Source: Balanoglossus misakiensis (taxonomy: Eukaryota > Animalia > Hemichordata). Taken from it: 64,000 nucleotides of DNA. The stretch covers positions 9,622,894 through 9,686,893 of the forward strand of contig CM082589.2 of assembly GCA_040954595.2 (NCBI GenBank), in the 5' to 3' direction. Below, one piece after another: positions 1-15,000 of the stretch (position 1 is its first letter; each line of letters opens with the position of its first letter). The notes beneath the pieces are model-generated. The model had not been told where the DNA came from. It worked only from the letters and a program-made list of their open reading frames with translations, and made no database searches. A program made the translations under genes and the position numbers.

Positions 1-3000
1 GAGGCTGTTTGGAAGCAACCATGGAAATTTTACAACTATCCGTCGATCTACAGAGTCTAGTGGAAAACGTTATTATGCGCATAGGCCTATATATGTGTTC
101 TGCGCATCACAACAGAATTTTGTAAACAAACGAGGCTGTGTTTGGAAGCAACCATGGAAATTTTAGAACTATCTCTCGATCTACAGAGTCTAGTGGAAAA
201 CTTTATTATGCACATATGCCTATCTATGTGTTCTGCGCATCACAACAGAAATCGGTAAATAAACGAGGCTGTTTGGAAGCAACCATGGAAATTTTACAAC
301 TATCCGTCGATCTACAGAGTCTGGTGGAAAACTTTCTTATGCGCATAGGCCTATTACGTGCTCTGCGCCTCACAACAGAATTCGGTAAATAAACGAGGCT
401 GTTTGGAAGCAACCATGGAACTTTTAGAACTATCCGTCGATCTACAGAGTCTAGTGGAAAAATGTCTTATGCGCATAGGCCTATCATGTGTTCTGCGCCT
501 CACAACAGAAATCGGTAAATAAACGAAGCTGTTTGGAAGCAACCATGGAAATTGTACAACTATCCGTCGATCTACAGAGTCTAGTGTAAAACGTTCTTAT
601 GCGCATAGGCCTATCTATGTGTTATGCGCATCACAACAGAAATCGGTAAATAAACGAGGCTGTATTTGGAAGCAACCATGAAATTTTACAGCAATCCGTC
701 GATCTACAGAGTCTAGTGGAAACGTTCTTATGCGCATAGGCCTATATATGTGTTCTGCGCATCACAACAGAATTTTGTAAACAAACGAGGCTGTGTATGG
801 TAGCAACCATGGACATTTTAGAACTATCTCTCGATCTACAGAGTCTATAGTGGAAAACTTTCTTATGCACATATGCCTATCTATGTGTTCTGCGCCTCAC
901 AACAGAATTCGGTAAATAAACGAGGCTGTTTGGAAGCAACCATGGAAATTTTACAACTATCCGTCGATCTACAGAGTCTAGTGGAAAACGTTATTATGCG
1001 CATAGGCCTATATATGTGTTCTGCGCATCACAACAGAATTTTGTAAACAAACGAGGCTGTGTTTGGAAGCAACCATGGACATTTTAGAACTATCTCTCGA
1101 TCTACAGAGTCTATAGTGGAAAACTTTCTTATGCACATAGGCCTATCTATGTGTTCTGCGCCTCACAACAGAAATCGGTAAATAAACGAGGCTGTATTTG
1201 GAAGCAACCATGAAATTTTACAACTATCCGTCGATCTACAGAGTCTAGTGGAAAAATGTCTCATGCGCATAGGCCTATCATGTGTTCTGCGCCTCACAAC
1301 AGAAATCGGTAAATAAACGAGGCTGTTTGGAAGCAACCATGGAAATTTTACAACTATCCGTCGATCTACAGAGTCTAGTGGAAAACGTTATTATGCGCAT
1401 AGGCCTATATATGTGTTCTGCGCATCACAACATAATTTTGTAAACAAACGAGGCTGTGTTTGGAAGCAACCATGGACATTTTAGAACTATCTCTCGATCT
1501 ACAGAGTCTATAGTGGAAAACTTTCTTATGCACATAGGCCTATCTATGTGTTCTGCGCCTCACAACAGAAATCGGTAAATAAACGAGGCTGTATTTGGAA
1601 GCAACCATGAAATTTTACAACTATCCGTCGATCTACAGAGTCTAGTGGAAAAATGTCTCATGCGCATAGGCCTATCATGTGTTCTGCGCCTCACAACAGA
1701 AATCGGTAAATAAACGAGGCTGTTTGGAAGCAACCATGGAAATTTTACAGCTATCCGTCGATCTACAGAGTCTAGTGGAAACGTTCTTATGCGCATAGGC
1801 CTATATATGTGTTCTGCGCATCACAACAGAATTTTGTAAACAAACGAGGCTGTGTTTGGTAGCAACCATGGACATTTTAGAACTATCTCTCGATCTACAG
1901 AGTCTATAGTGGAAAACTTTCTTATGCACATATGCCTATCTATGTGTTCTGCGCCTCACAACAGAATTCGGTAAATAAACGAGGCTGTTTGGAAGCAACC
2001 ATGGAAATTTTACAACTATCCGTCGATCTACAGAGTCTAGTGGAAAACGTTATTATGCGCATAGGCCTATATATGTGTTCTGCGCATCACAACAGAATTT
2101 TGTAAACAAACGAGGCTGTGTTTGGAAGCAACCATGGACATTTTAGAACTATCTCTCGATCTACAGAGTCTATAGTGGAAAACTTTCTTATGCACATAGG
2201 CCTATCTATGTGTTCTGTGCCTCACAACAGAATTCGGTAAATAAACGAGGCTGTTTGGAAGCAACCATGGAAATTTTACAACTATCCGTCGATCTACAGA
2301 GTCTAGTGGAAAACGTTCTTATGCGCATAGGCCTATATATGTGTTCTGCGCATCACAAAAGAATTTTGTAAACAAACGAGGCTGTGTTTGGAAGCAACCA
2401 TGGACATTTTAGAACTATCTCTCGATCTACAGAGTCTATAGTGGAAAACTTTCTTATGCACATATGCCTATCTATGTGTTCTGCGCCTCAAAACAGAATT
2501 CCGTAAATAAACGAGGCTGTTTGGAAGCAAACATGGCAATTTTAGAACTATCTCTCGATCTACAGAGTATAGTGGAAAACGTTCATATGCGCATAGGCCT
2601 ATCTATGTGTTCTGCGCATCACAACAGAATTTTGTAAACAAACCAGGCTTTGTTTGGAAGCAACCATGGACATTTTAGAACTATTCGTCGATCTACGGAG
2701 TCTAGTGGAAAACTTTCTTATGCGCATAGGCATATGTATGTGTTCTACGCATCACAACAGAATTCGGTAAATAAACGAGGCTGTTTGGAAACAACCATGG
2801 AAATTTTAGAACTATCCGTTGATCTAAAGTTGAAAAGTTTTTTATGCGCATAGGCCTATCTATGTGTTCTGCGCCTCACAACAGAAATCGGTAAATAAAC
2901 GAGGCTGTTTGGAAGCAACCATGGAAATTTTACAACTATCTCTCGATCTACAGAGTCTATAGTGGAAAACTTTCTTATTCACATATGCCTATCTATGTGT

Positions 3001-6000
3001 TCTGCGCCTCAAAACAGAATTCCGCAAATAAACGAGGCTGTTTGGAAGCAAACATGGAAGTTTTAGAACTATCTCTCGATCTACAGTGTATAGTGGAAAA
3101 CGTTCATATGCGCATAGGCCTATCTATGTGTTCTGCGCATCACAACAGAATTTTGTAAACAAACGAGGCTGTGTTTGGTAGCAACCATGGACATTTTAGA
3201 ACTATCTCTCGATCTACAGAGTCTATAGTGGAAAACTTTCTTATGCACATATGCCTATCTATGTGTTCTGCGCCTCACAACAGAATTCGGTAAATAAACG
3301 AGGCTGTTTGGAAGCAACCATGGAAATTTTACAACTATCCGTCGATCTACGGAGTCTGGTGGAAAACTTTCTTATGCGCATAGGCCTATTACGTGTTCTG
3401 CGTCTCACAACAGAATTCGGTAAATAAACGAGGCTGTTTGGAAGCAACCATGGAAATTTTAGAACTATCTCTCGATCTACAGAGTCTAGTGGAAAACGTT
3501 CTTATGCGCATAGGCCTATATATGTGTTCTGCGCATCACAACAGAATTCGTAAACAAACGAGGTTGTTTGGAAGCAACCATGGAAATTTTACAACTATCC
3601 GTCGATCTACAGAGTCTAGTGGAAAAATGTCTTATGCGCATTGGCCTATCATGTGTTCTGCGCCTCACAACAGAAATCAGTAAATAAACGAGGCTGTTTG
3701 GAAGCAACCATGGAAATTTTACAACTATCAGTCCATCTACAGAGTCTGGTGGAAAACTTTCTTATGCGCATAGGCCTATAACGTGTTCTGCGCCTAACAA
3801 CAGAATTCGGTAAATAAACGAGGCTGTTTGGAAGCAACCATGGAAATTTTACAACTATCCGTCAATCTACAGAGTCTAGTGGAAACGTTCTTATGCGCAT
3901 AGGCCTATATATGTGTTCTGCGCATCACAACAGAATTTTGTAAACAAACGAGGCTGTGTTTGGTAGCAACCATGGACATTTTAGAACTATCTCTCGATCT
4001 ACAGAGTCTATAGTGGAAAACTTTCTTATGCACATATGCCTATCTATGTGTTCTGCGCCTCACAACAGAATTCGGTAAATAAACGAGGCTGTTTGGAAGC
4101 AACCATGGAAATTTTACAACTATCCGTCGATCTACAGAGTCTAGTGGAAAACGTTATTATGCGCATAGGCCTATATATGTGTTCTGCGCATCACAACAGA
4201 ATTTTGTAAACAAACGAGGCTGTGTTTGGAAGCAACCATGGACATTTTAGAACTATCTCTCGATCTACAGAGTCTATAGTGGAAAACTTTCTTATGCACA
4301 TAGGCCTATCTATGTGTTCTGTGCCTTACAACAGAATTCGGTAAATAAACGAGGCTGTTTGGAAGCAACCATGGAAATTTTACAACTATCCGTCGATGTA
4401 CAGAGTCTAGTGGAAAACGTTATTATGCGCATAGGCCTATATATGTGTTCTGCGCATCACAACAGAATTTTGTAAACAAACGAGGCTGTGTTTGGAAGCA
4501 ACCATGGACATTTTAGAACTATCTCTCGATCTACAGAGTCTATAGTGGAAAACTTTCTTATGCACATATGCCTATCTATGTGTTCTGCGCCTCAAAACAG
4601 AATTCCGTAAATAAACGAGGCTGTTTGGAAGCAAACATGGAAATTTTAGAACTATCTCTCGATCTACAGAGTATAGTGGAAAACGTTCATATGCGCATAG
4701 GCCTATCTATGTGTTCTGCGCATCACAACAGAATTTTGTAAACAAACCAGGCTTTGTTTGGAAGCAACCATGGACATTTTAGAACTATTCGTCGATCTAC
4801 GGAGTCTAGTGGAAAACTTTCTTATGCGCATAGGCATATGTATGTGTTCTACGCATCACAACAGAATTCGGTAAATAAACGAGGCTGTTTGGAAACAACC
4901 ATGGAAATTTTAGAACTATCCGTTGATCTAAAGTTGAAAAGTTTTTTATGCGCATAGGCCTATCTATGTGTTCTGCGCCTCACAACAGAAATCGGTAAAT
5001 AAACGAGGCTGTTTGGAAGCAACCATGGAAATTTTACAACTATCTCTCGATCTACAGAGTCTATAGTGGAAAACTTTCTTATTCACATATGCCTATCTAT
5101 GTGTTCTGCGCCTCAAAACAGAATTCCGCAAATAAACGAGGCTGTTTGGAAGCAAACATGGAAGTTTTAGAACTATCTCTCGATCTACAGTGTATGGTGG
5201 AAAACGTTCATATGCGCATAGGCCTATCTATGTGTTCTGCGCATCACAACAGAATTTTGTAAACAAACGAGGCTGTGTTTGGTAGCAACCATGGACATTT
5301 TAGAACTATCTCTCGATCTACAGAGTCTATAGTGGAAAACTTTCTTATGCACATATGCCTATCTATGTGTTCTGCGCCTCACAACAGAATTCGGTAAATA
5401 AACGAGGCTGTTTGGAAGCAACCATGGAAATTTTACAACTATCCGTCGATCTACGGAGTCTGGTGGAAAACTTTCTTATGCGCATAGCCCTATATATGTG
5501 TTCTGCGCATCACAACAGAATTCGTAAACAAACGAGGTTGTTTGGAAGCAACCATGGAAATTTTACAACTATCCGTCGATCTACAGAGTCTAGTGGAAAA
5601 ATGTCTTATGCGCATTGGCCTATCATGTGTTCTGCGCCTCACAACAGAAATCAGTAAATAAACGAGGCTGTTTGGAAGCAACCATGGAAATTTTACAACT
5701 ATCAGTCCATCTACAGAGTCTGGTGGAAAACTTTCTTATGCGCATAGGCCTATAACGTGTTCTGCGCCTAACAACAGAATTCGGTAAATAAACGAGGCTG
5801 TTTGGAAGCAACCATGGAAATTTTACAACTATCCGTCGATCTACAGAGTCTGGTGGAAAACTTTCTTATGCGCATAGGCCTATAACGTGTTCTGCGCCTA
5901 ACAACAGAATTCGGTAAATAAACGAGGCTGTTTGGAAGCAACCATGGAAATTTTACAACTATCCGTCGATCTACAGAGTCTAGTGGAAAACGTTATAATG

Positions 6001-9000
6001 CGCATAGGCCTATCTATGTGTTATGCGCATCACAACAGAAATCGGTAAATAAACGAGGCTGTATTTGGAAGCAACCATGAACATTTTACAACTATCCGTC
6101 GATCTACAGAGTCTAGTGGAAAACGTTCTTATGCGCATAGGCCTATATATGTGTTCTGCGCATCACAACAGAATTCGGTAAACAAACGAGGTTGTTTGGA
6201 AGCAACCATGGACATTTTACAACTATCCGTCGATCTACAGAGTCTAGTGGAAAAATGTCGTATGCGCATAGGCCTATCATGTGTTCTGCGCCTCAAAACA
6301 GAATTCCGTAAATAAACGAGGCTGTTTGCAAGCAAACTTGGAAATTTTACAGCTATCCGTCGATCTACAGAGTCTAGTGGAAAACGTTCTTTTGCGCATA
6401 GGCCTATATATGTGTTATGCGCATCACAACAGAAATCGGTAAATAAACGAGGCTGTATTTGGAAGCAACCATGGACATTTTACAACTATCCGTCGATCTA
6501 CAGAGTCTTGTGGAAAACTTTCTAATGCGCATAGGCCTATTACGTGTTCTGCGCCTCACAACAGAATTCCGTAAATAAACGAGGCTGTTTGGAAGCAACC
6601 ATGGAAATGTTAGAACTATCCGTCGATCTACAGAGTCTAGTGGAAAAATGTCTGATGCGCATAGGCCTATCATGTGTTCTGCGCCTCACAACAGAAATCG
6701 GTAAATAAACGAGGCAGTTTGGAAGCAACCATGGAAATTTTACAGCTATCCGTCGATCTACAGAGTCTAGTGGAAAACGTTCTTTTGCGCATAGGCCTAT
6801 ATATGTGTTCTGCGCATCACAACAGAATTTTGTAAACAAACGAGGCTGTGTTTGGAAGCAACCATGGACATTTTAGAACTATCTCTCGATCTACAGAGTC
6901 TATAGTGGAAAACTTTCTTATGCACATATGCCTATCTATGTGTTCTGCGCCTAAAAACAGAATTCCGTAAATAAACGAGGCTGTTTGGAAGCAAACATGG
7001 CAATTTTACAGCTATCCGTGGATATACAGAGTCTAGTGGAAAACGTTCTTATGCGCATAGGCCTATATATGTGTTCTGCGCATCACAACAGAATTTTGTA
7101 AACAAACGAGGCTGTGTTTGGAAGCAACCATGGAAATTTTAGAACTATCCGTTGATCTAAAGTTGAAAAGTTTTTTATGCGCATAGGCCTATCTATGTGT
7201 TCTGCGCCTCACAACAGAAATCGGTAAATAAACGAGGCTGTTTGGAAGCAACCATGGAAATTTTACAACTATCTCTCGATCTACAGAGTCTATAGTGGAA
7301 AACTTTCTTATTCACATATGCCTATCTATGTGTTCTGCGCCTCAAAACAGAATTCCGCAAATAAACGAGGCTGTTTGGAAGCAAACATGGAAGTTTTAGA
7401 ACTATCTCTCGATCTACAGTGTATAGTGGAAAACGTTCATATGCGCATAGGCCTATCTATGTGTTCTGCGCATCACAACAGAATTTTGTAAACAAACGAG
7501 GCTGTGTTTGGTAGCAACCATGGACATTTTAGAACTATCTCTCGATCTACAGAGTCTATAGTGGAAAACTTTCTTATGCACATAGGCCTATCTATGTGTT
7601 CTGCGCCTCACAACAGAATTCGGTAAATAAACGAGGCTGTTTGGAAGCAACCATGGAAATTTTACAACTATCCGTCGATCTACGGAGTCTGGTGGAAAAC
7701 TTTCTTATGCGCATAGGCCTATTACGTGTTCTGCGTCTCACAACAGAATTCGGTAAATAAACGAGGCTGTTTGGAAGCAACCATGGAAATTTTAGAACTA
7801 TCTCTCGATCTACAGAGTCTAGTGGAAAACGTTCTTATGCGCATAGGCCTATATATGTGTTCTGCGCATCACAACAGAATTCGTAAACAAACGAGGTTGT
7901 TTGGAAGCAACCATGGAAATTTTACAACTATCCGTCGATCTACAGAGTCTAGTGGAAAAATGTCTTATGCGCATTGGCCTATCATGTGTTCTGCGCCTCA
8001 CAACAGAAATCAGTAAATAAACGAGGCTGTTTGGAAGCAACCATGGAAATTTTACAACTATCCGTCGATCTACAGAGTCTAGTGGAAACGTTCTTATGTG
8101 CATAGGCCTATATATGTGTTCTGCGCATCACAACATAATTTTGTAAACAAACGAGGCTGTGTTTGGTAGCAACCATGGACATTTTAGAACTATCTCTCGA
8201 TCTACAGAGTCTATAGTGGAAAACTTTCTTATGCACATATGCCTATCTATGTGTTCTGCGCCTCACAACAGAATTCGGTAAATAAACGAGGCTGTTTGGA
8301 AGCAACCATGGAAATTTTACAACTATCCGTCGATCTACAGAGTCTAGTGGAAAACGTTATTATGCGCATAGGCCTATATATGTGTTCTGCGCATCACAAC
8401 AGAATTTTGTAAACAAACGAGGCTGTGTTTGGAAGCAACCATGGACATTTTAGAACTATCTCTCGATCTACAGAGTCTATAGTGGAAAACTTTCTTATGC
8501 ACATAGGCCTATCTATGTGTTCTGTGCCTTACAACAGAATTCGGTAAATAAACGAGGCTGTTTGGAAGCAACCATGGAAATTTTACAACTATCCGTCGAT
8601 CTACAGAGTCTAGTGGAAAACGTTATTATGCGCATAGGCCTATATATGTGTTCTGCGCATCACAACAGAATTTTGTAAACAAACGAGGCTGTGTTTGGAA
8701 GCAACCATGGACATTTTAGAACTATCTCTCGATCTACAGAGTCTATAGTGGAAAACTTTCTTATGCACATATGCCTATCTATGTGTTCTGCGCCTCAAAA
8801 CAGAATTCCGTAAATAAACGAGGCTGTTTGGAAGCAAACATGGAAATTTTAGAACTATCTCTCGATCTACAGAGTATAGTGGAAAACGTTCATATGCGCA
8901 TAGGCCTATCTATGTGTTCTGCGCATCACAACAGAATTTTGTAAACAAACCAGGCTTTGTTTGGAAGCAACCATGGACATTTTAGAACTATTCGTCGATC

Positions 9001-12000
9001 TACGGAGTCTAGTGGAAAACTTTCTTATGCGCATAGGCATATGTATGTGTTCTACGCATCACAACAGAATTCGGTAAATAAACGAGGCTGTTTGGAAACA
9101 ACCATGGAAATTTTAGAACTATCCGTTGATCTAAAGTTGAAAAGTTTTTTATGCGCATAGGCCTATCTATGTGTTCTGCGCCTCACAACAGAAATCGGTA
9201 AATAAACGAGGCTGTTTGGAAGCAACCATGGAAATTTTACAACTATCTCTCGATCTACAGAGTCTATAGTGGAAAACTTTCTTATTCACATATGCCTATC
9301 TATGTGTTCTGCGCCTCAAAACAGAATTCCGCAAATAAACGAGGCTGTTTGGAAGCAAACATGGAAGTTTTAGAACTATCTCTCGATCTACAGTGTATGG
9401 TGGAAAACGTTCATATGCGCATAGGCCTATCTATGTGTTCTGCGCATCACAACAGAATTTTGTAAACAAACGAGGCTGTGTTTGGTAGCAACCATGGACA
9501 TTTTAGAACTATCTCTCGATCTACAGAGTCTATAGTGGAAAACTTTCTTATGCACATATGCCTATCTATGTGTTCTGCGCCTCACAACAGAATTCGGTAA
9601 ATAAACGAGGCTGTTTGGAAGCAACCATGGAAATTTTACAACTATCCGTCGATCTACAGAGTCTAGTGGAAAACGTTATTATGCGCATAGGCCTATATAT
9701 GTGTTCTGCGCATCACAACAGAATTTTGTAAACAAACGAGGCTGTGTTTGGAAGCAACCATGGACATTTTAGAACTATCTCTCGATCTACAGAGTCTATA
9801 GTGGAAAACTTTCTTATGCACATAGGCCTATCTATGTGTTCTGTGCCTTACAACAGAATTCGGTAAATAAACGAGGCTGTTTGGAAGCAACCATGGAAAT
9901 TTTACAACTATCCGTCGATCTACAGAGTCTAGTGGAAAACGTTATTATGCGCATAGGCCTATATATGTGTTCTGCGCATCACAACAGAATTTTGTAAACA
10001 AACGAGGCTGTGTTTGGAAGCAACCATGGACATTTTAGAACTATCTCTCGATCTACAGAGTCTATAGTGGAAAACTTTCTTATGCACATATGCCTATCTA
10101 TGTGTTCTGCGCCTCAAAACAGAATTCCGTAAATAAACGAGGCTGTTTGGAAGCAAACATGGAAATTTTAGAACTATCTCTCGATCTACAGAGTATAGTG
10201 GAAAACGTTCATATGCGCATAGGCCTATCTATGTGTTCTGCGCATCACAACAGAATTTTGTAAACAAACCAGGCTTTGTTTGGAAGCAACCATGGACATT
10301 TTAGAACTATTCGTCGATCTACGGAGTCTAGTGGAAAACTTTCTTATGCGCATAGGCATATGTATGTGTTCTACGCATCACAACAGAATTCGGTAAATAA
10401 ACGAGGCTGTTTGGAAACAACCATGGAAATTTTAGAACTATCCGTTGATCTAAAGTTGAAAAGTTTTTTATGCGCATAGGCCTATCTATGTGTTCTGCGC
10501 CTCACAACATAAATCGGTAAATAAACGAGGCTGTTTGGAAGCAACCATGGAAATTTTACAACTATCTCTCGATCTACAGAGTCTATAGTGGAAAACTTTC
10601 TTATTCACATATGCCTATCTATGTGTTCTGCGCCTCAAAACAGAATTCCGCAAATAAACGAGGCTGTTTGGAAGCAAACATGGAAGTTTTAGAACTATCT
10701 CTCGATCTACAGTGTATGGTGGAAAACGTTATTATGCGCATAGGCCTATATATGTGTTCTGCGCATCACAACAGAATTTTGTAAACAAACGAGGCTGTGT
10801 TTGGAAGCAACCATGGACATTTTAGAACTATCTCTCGATCTACAGAGTCTATAGTGGAAAACTTTCTTATGCACATAGGCCTATCTATGTGTTCTGTGCC
10901 TTACAACAGAATTCGGTAAATAAACGAGGCTGTTTGGAAGCAACCATGGAAATTTTACAACTATCCGTCGATCTACAGAGTCTAGTGGAAAACGTTATTA
11001 TGCGCATAGGCCTATATATGTGTTCTGCGCATCACAACAGAATTTTGTAAACAAACGAGGCTGTGTTTGGAAGCAACCATGGACATTTTAGAACTATCTC
11101 TCGATCTACAGAGTCTATAGTGGAAAACTTTCTTATGCACATATGCCTATCTATGTGTTCTGCGCCTCAAAACAGAATTCCGTAAATAAACGAGGCTGTT
11201 TGGAAGCAAACATGGAAATTTTAGAACTATCTCTCGATCTACAGAGTATAGTGGAAAACGTTCATATGCGCATAGGCCTATCTATGTGTTCTGCGCATCA
11301 CAACAGAATTTTGTAAACAAACCAGGCTTTGTTTGGAAGCAACCATGGACATTTTAGAACTATTCGTCGATCTACGGAGTCTAGTGGAAAACTTTCTTAT
11401 GCGCATAGGCATATGTATGTGTTCTACGCATCACAACAGAATTCGGTAAATAAACGAGGCTGTTTGGAAACAACCATGGAAATTTTAGAACTATCCGTTG
11501 ATCTAAAGTTGAAAAGTTTTTTATGCGCATAGGCCTATCTATGTGTTCTGCGCCTCACAACATAAATCGGTAAATAAACGAGGCTGTTTGGAAGCAACCA
11601 TGGAAATTTTACAACTATCTCTCGATCTACAGAGTCTATAGTGGAAAACTTTCTTATTCACATATGCCTATCTATGTGTTCTGCGCCTCAAAACAGAATT
11701 CCGCAAATAAACGAGGCTGTTTGGAAGCAAACATGGAAGTTTTAGAACTATCTCTCGATCTACAGTGTATGGTGGAAAACGTTCATATGCGCATAGGCCT
11801 ATCTATGTGTTCTGCGCATCACAACAGAATTTTGTAAACAAACGAGGCTGTGTTTGGTAGCAACCATGGACATTTTAGAACTATCTCTCGATCTACAGAG
11901 TCTATAGTGGAAAACTTTCTTATGCACATATGCCTATCTATGTGTTCTGCGCCTCACAACAGAATTCGGTAAATAAACGAGGCTGTTTGGAAGCAACCAT

Positions 12001-15000
12001 GGAAATTTTACAACTATCCGTCGATCTACGGAGTCTGGTGGAAAACTTTCTTATGCGCATAGCCCTATATATGTGTTCTGCGCATCACAACAGAATTCGT
12101 AAACAAACGAGGTTGTTTGGAAGCAACCATGGAAATTTTACAGCTATCCGTCGATCTACAGAGTCTAGTGGAAAACGTTCTTTTGCGCATAGGCCTATAT
12201 ATATGTTATGCGCATCACAACAGAAATCGGTAAATAAACGAGGCTGTATTTGGAAGCAACCATGGACATTTTACAACTATCCGTCGATCTACAGAGTCCT
12301 GTGGAAAACTTTCTAATGCGCATAGGCCTATTACGTGTTCTGCGCCTCACAACAGAATTCCGTAAATAAACGAGGCTGTTTGGAAGCAACCATGGAAATT
12401 TTACAACTATCCGTCGATCTACGGAGTCTGGTGGAAAACTTTCTTATGCGCATAGGCCTATTACGTGTTCTGCGTCTCACAACAGAATTCGGTAAATAAA
12501 CGAGGCTGTTTGGAAGCAACCATGGAAATTTTAGAACTATCTCTCGATCTACAGAGTCTAGTGGAAAACGTTCTTATGCGCATAGGCCTATATATGTGTT
12601 CTGCGCATCACAACAGAATTCGTAAACAAACGAGGTTGTTTGGAAGCAACCATGGAAATTTTACAACTATCCGTCGATCTACAGAGTCTAGTGGAAAAAT
12701 GTCTTATGCGCATTGGCCTATCATGTGTTCTGCGCCTCACAACAGAAATCAGTAAATAAACGAGGCTGTTTGGAAGCAACCATGGAAATTTTACAACTAT
12801 CCGTCGATCTACAGAGTCTAGTGGAAACGTTCTTATGCGCATAGGCCTATATATGTGTTCTGCGCATCACAACAGAATTTTGTAAACAAACGAGGCTGTG
12901 TTTGGTAGCAACCATGGACATTTTAGAACTATCTCTCGATCTACAGAGTCTATAGTGGAAAACTTTCTTATGCACATATGCCTATCTATGTGTTCTGCGC
13001 CTCACAACAGAATTCGGTAAATAAACGAGGCTGTTTGGAAGCAACCATGGAAATTTTACAACTATCCGTCGATCTACAGAGTCTAGTGGAAAACGTTATT
13101 ATGCGCATAGGCCTATATATGTGTTCTGCGCATCACAACAGAATTTTGTAAACAAACGAGGCTGTGTTTGGAAGCAACCATGGACATTTTAGAACTATCT
13201 CTCGATCTACAGAGTCTATAGTGGAAAACTTTCTTATGCACATAGGCCTATCTATGTGTTCTGTGCCTTACAACAGAATTCGGTAAATAAACGAGGCTGT
13301 TTGGAAGCAACCATGGAAATTTTACAACTATCCGTCGATCTACAGAGTCTAGTGGAAAACGTTATTATGCGCATAGGCCTATATATGTGTTATGCGCATC
13401 ACAACAGAATTTTGTAAACAAACGAGGCTGTGTTTGGAAGCAACCATGGACATTTTAGAACTATCTCTCGATCTACAGAGTCTATAGTGGAAAACTTTCT
13501 TATGCACATATGCCTATCTATGTGTTCTGCGCCTCAAAACAGAATTCCGTAAATAAACGAGGCTGTTTGGAAGCAAACATGGAAATTTTAGAACTATCTC
13601 TCGATCTACAGAGTATAGTGGAAAACGTTCATATGCGCATAGGCCTATCTATGTGTTCTGCGCATCACAACAGAATTTTGTAAACAAACCAGGCTTTGTT
13701 TGGAAGCAACCATGGACATTTTAGAACTATTCGTCGATCTACGGAGTCTAGTGGAAAACTTTCTTATGCGCATAGGCATATGTATGTGTTCTACGCATCA
13801 CAACAGAATTCGGTAAATAAACGAGGCTGTTTGGAAACAACCATGGAAATTTTAGAACTATCCGTTGATCTAAAGTTGAAAAGTTTTTTATGCGCATAGG
13901 CCTATCTATGTGTTCTGCGCCTCACAACAGAAATCGGTAAATAAACGAGGCTGTTTGGAAGCAACCATGGAAATTTTACAACTATCTCTCGATCTACAGA
14001 GTCTATAGTGGAAAACTTTCTTATTCACATATGCCTATCTATGTGTTCTGCGCCTCAAAACAGAATTCCGCAAATAAACGAGGCTGTTTGGAAGCAAACA
14101 TGGAAGTTTTAGAACTATCTCTCGATCTACAGTGTATGGTGGAAAACGTTCATATGCGCATAGGCCTATCTATGTGTTCTGCGCATCACAACAGAATTTT
14201 GTAAACAAACGAGGCTGTGTTTGGTAGCAACCATGGACATTTTAGAACTATCTCTCGATCTACAGAGTCTATAGTGGAAAACTTTCTTATGCACATATGC
14301 CTATCTATGTGTTCTGCGCCTCACAACAGAATTCGGTAAATAAACGAGGCTGTTTGGAAGCAACCATGGAAATTTTACAACTATCCGTCGATCTACGGAG
14401 TCTGGTGGAAAACTTTCTTATGCGCATAGCCCTATATATGTGTTCTGCGCATCACAACAGAATTCGTAAACAAACGAGGTTGTTTGGAAGCAACCATGGA
14501 AATTTTACAACTATCCGTCGATCTACAGAGTCTAGTGGAAAAATGTCTTATGCGCATTGGCCTATCATGTGTTCTGCGCCTCACAACAGAAATCAGTAAA
14601 TAAACGAGGCTGTTTGGAAGCAACCATGGAAATTTTACAACTATCAGTCCATCTACAGAGTCTGGTGGAAAACTTTCTTATGCGCATAGGCCTATAACGT
14701 GTTCTGCGCCTAACAACAGAATTCGGTAAATAAACGAGGCTGTTTGGAAGCAACCATGGAAATTTTACAAAAATCCGTCGATCTACAGAGTCTGGTGGAA
14801 AACTTTCTTATGCGCATAGGCCTATAACGTGTTCTGCGCCTAACAACAGAATTCGGTAAATAAACGAGGCTGTTTGGAAGCAACCATGGAAATTTTACAA
14901 CTATCCGTCGATCTACAGAGTCTAGTGGAAAACGTTATAATGCGCATAGGCCTATCTATGTGTTATGCGCATCACAACAGAAATCGGTAAATAAACGAGG

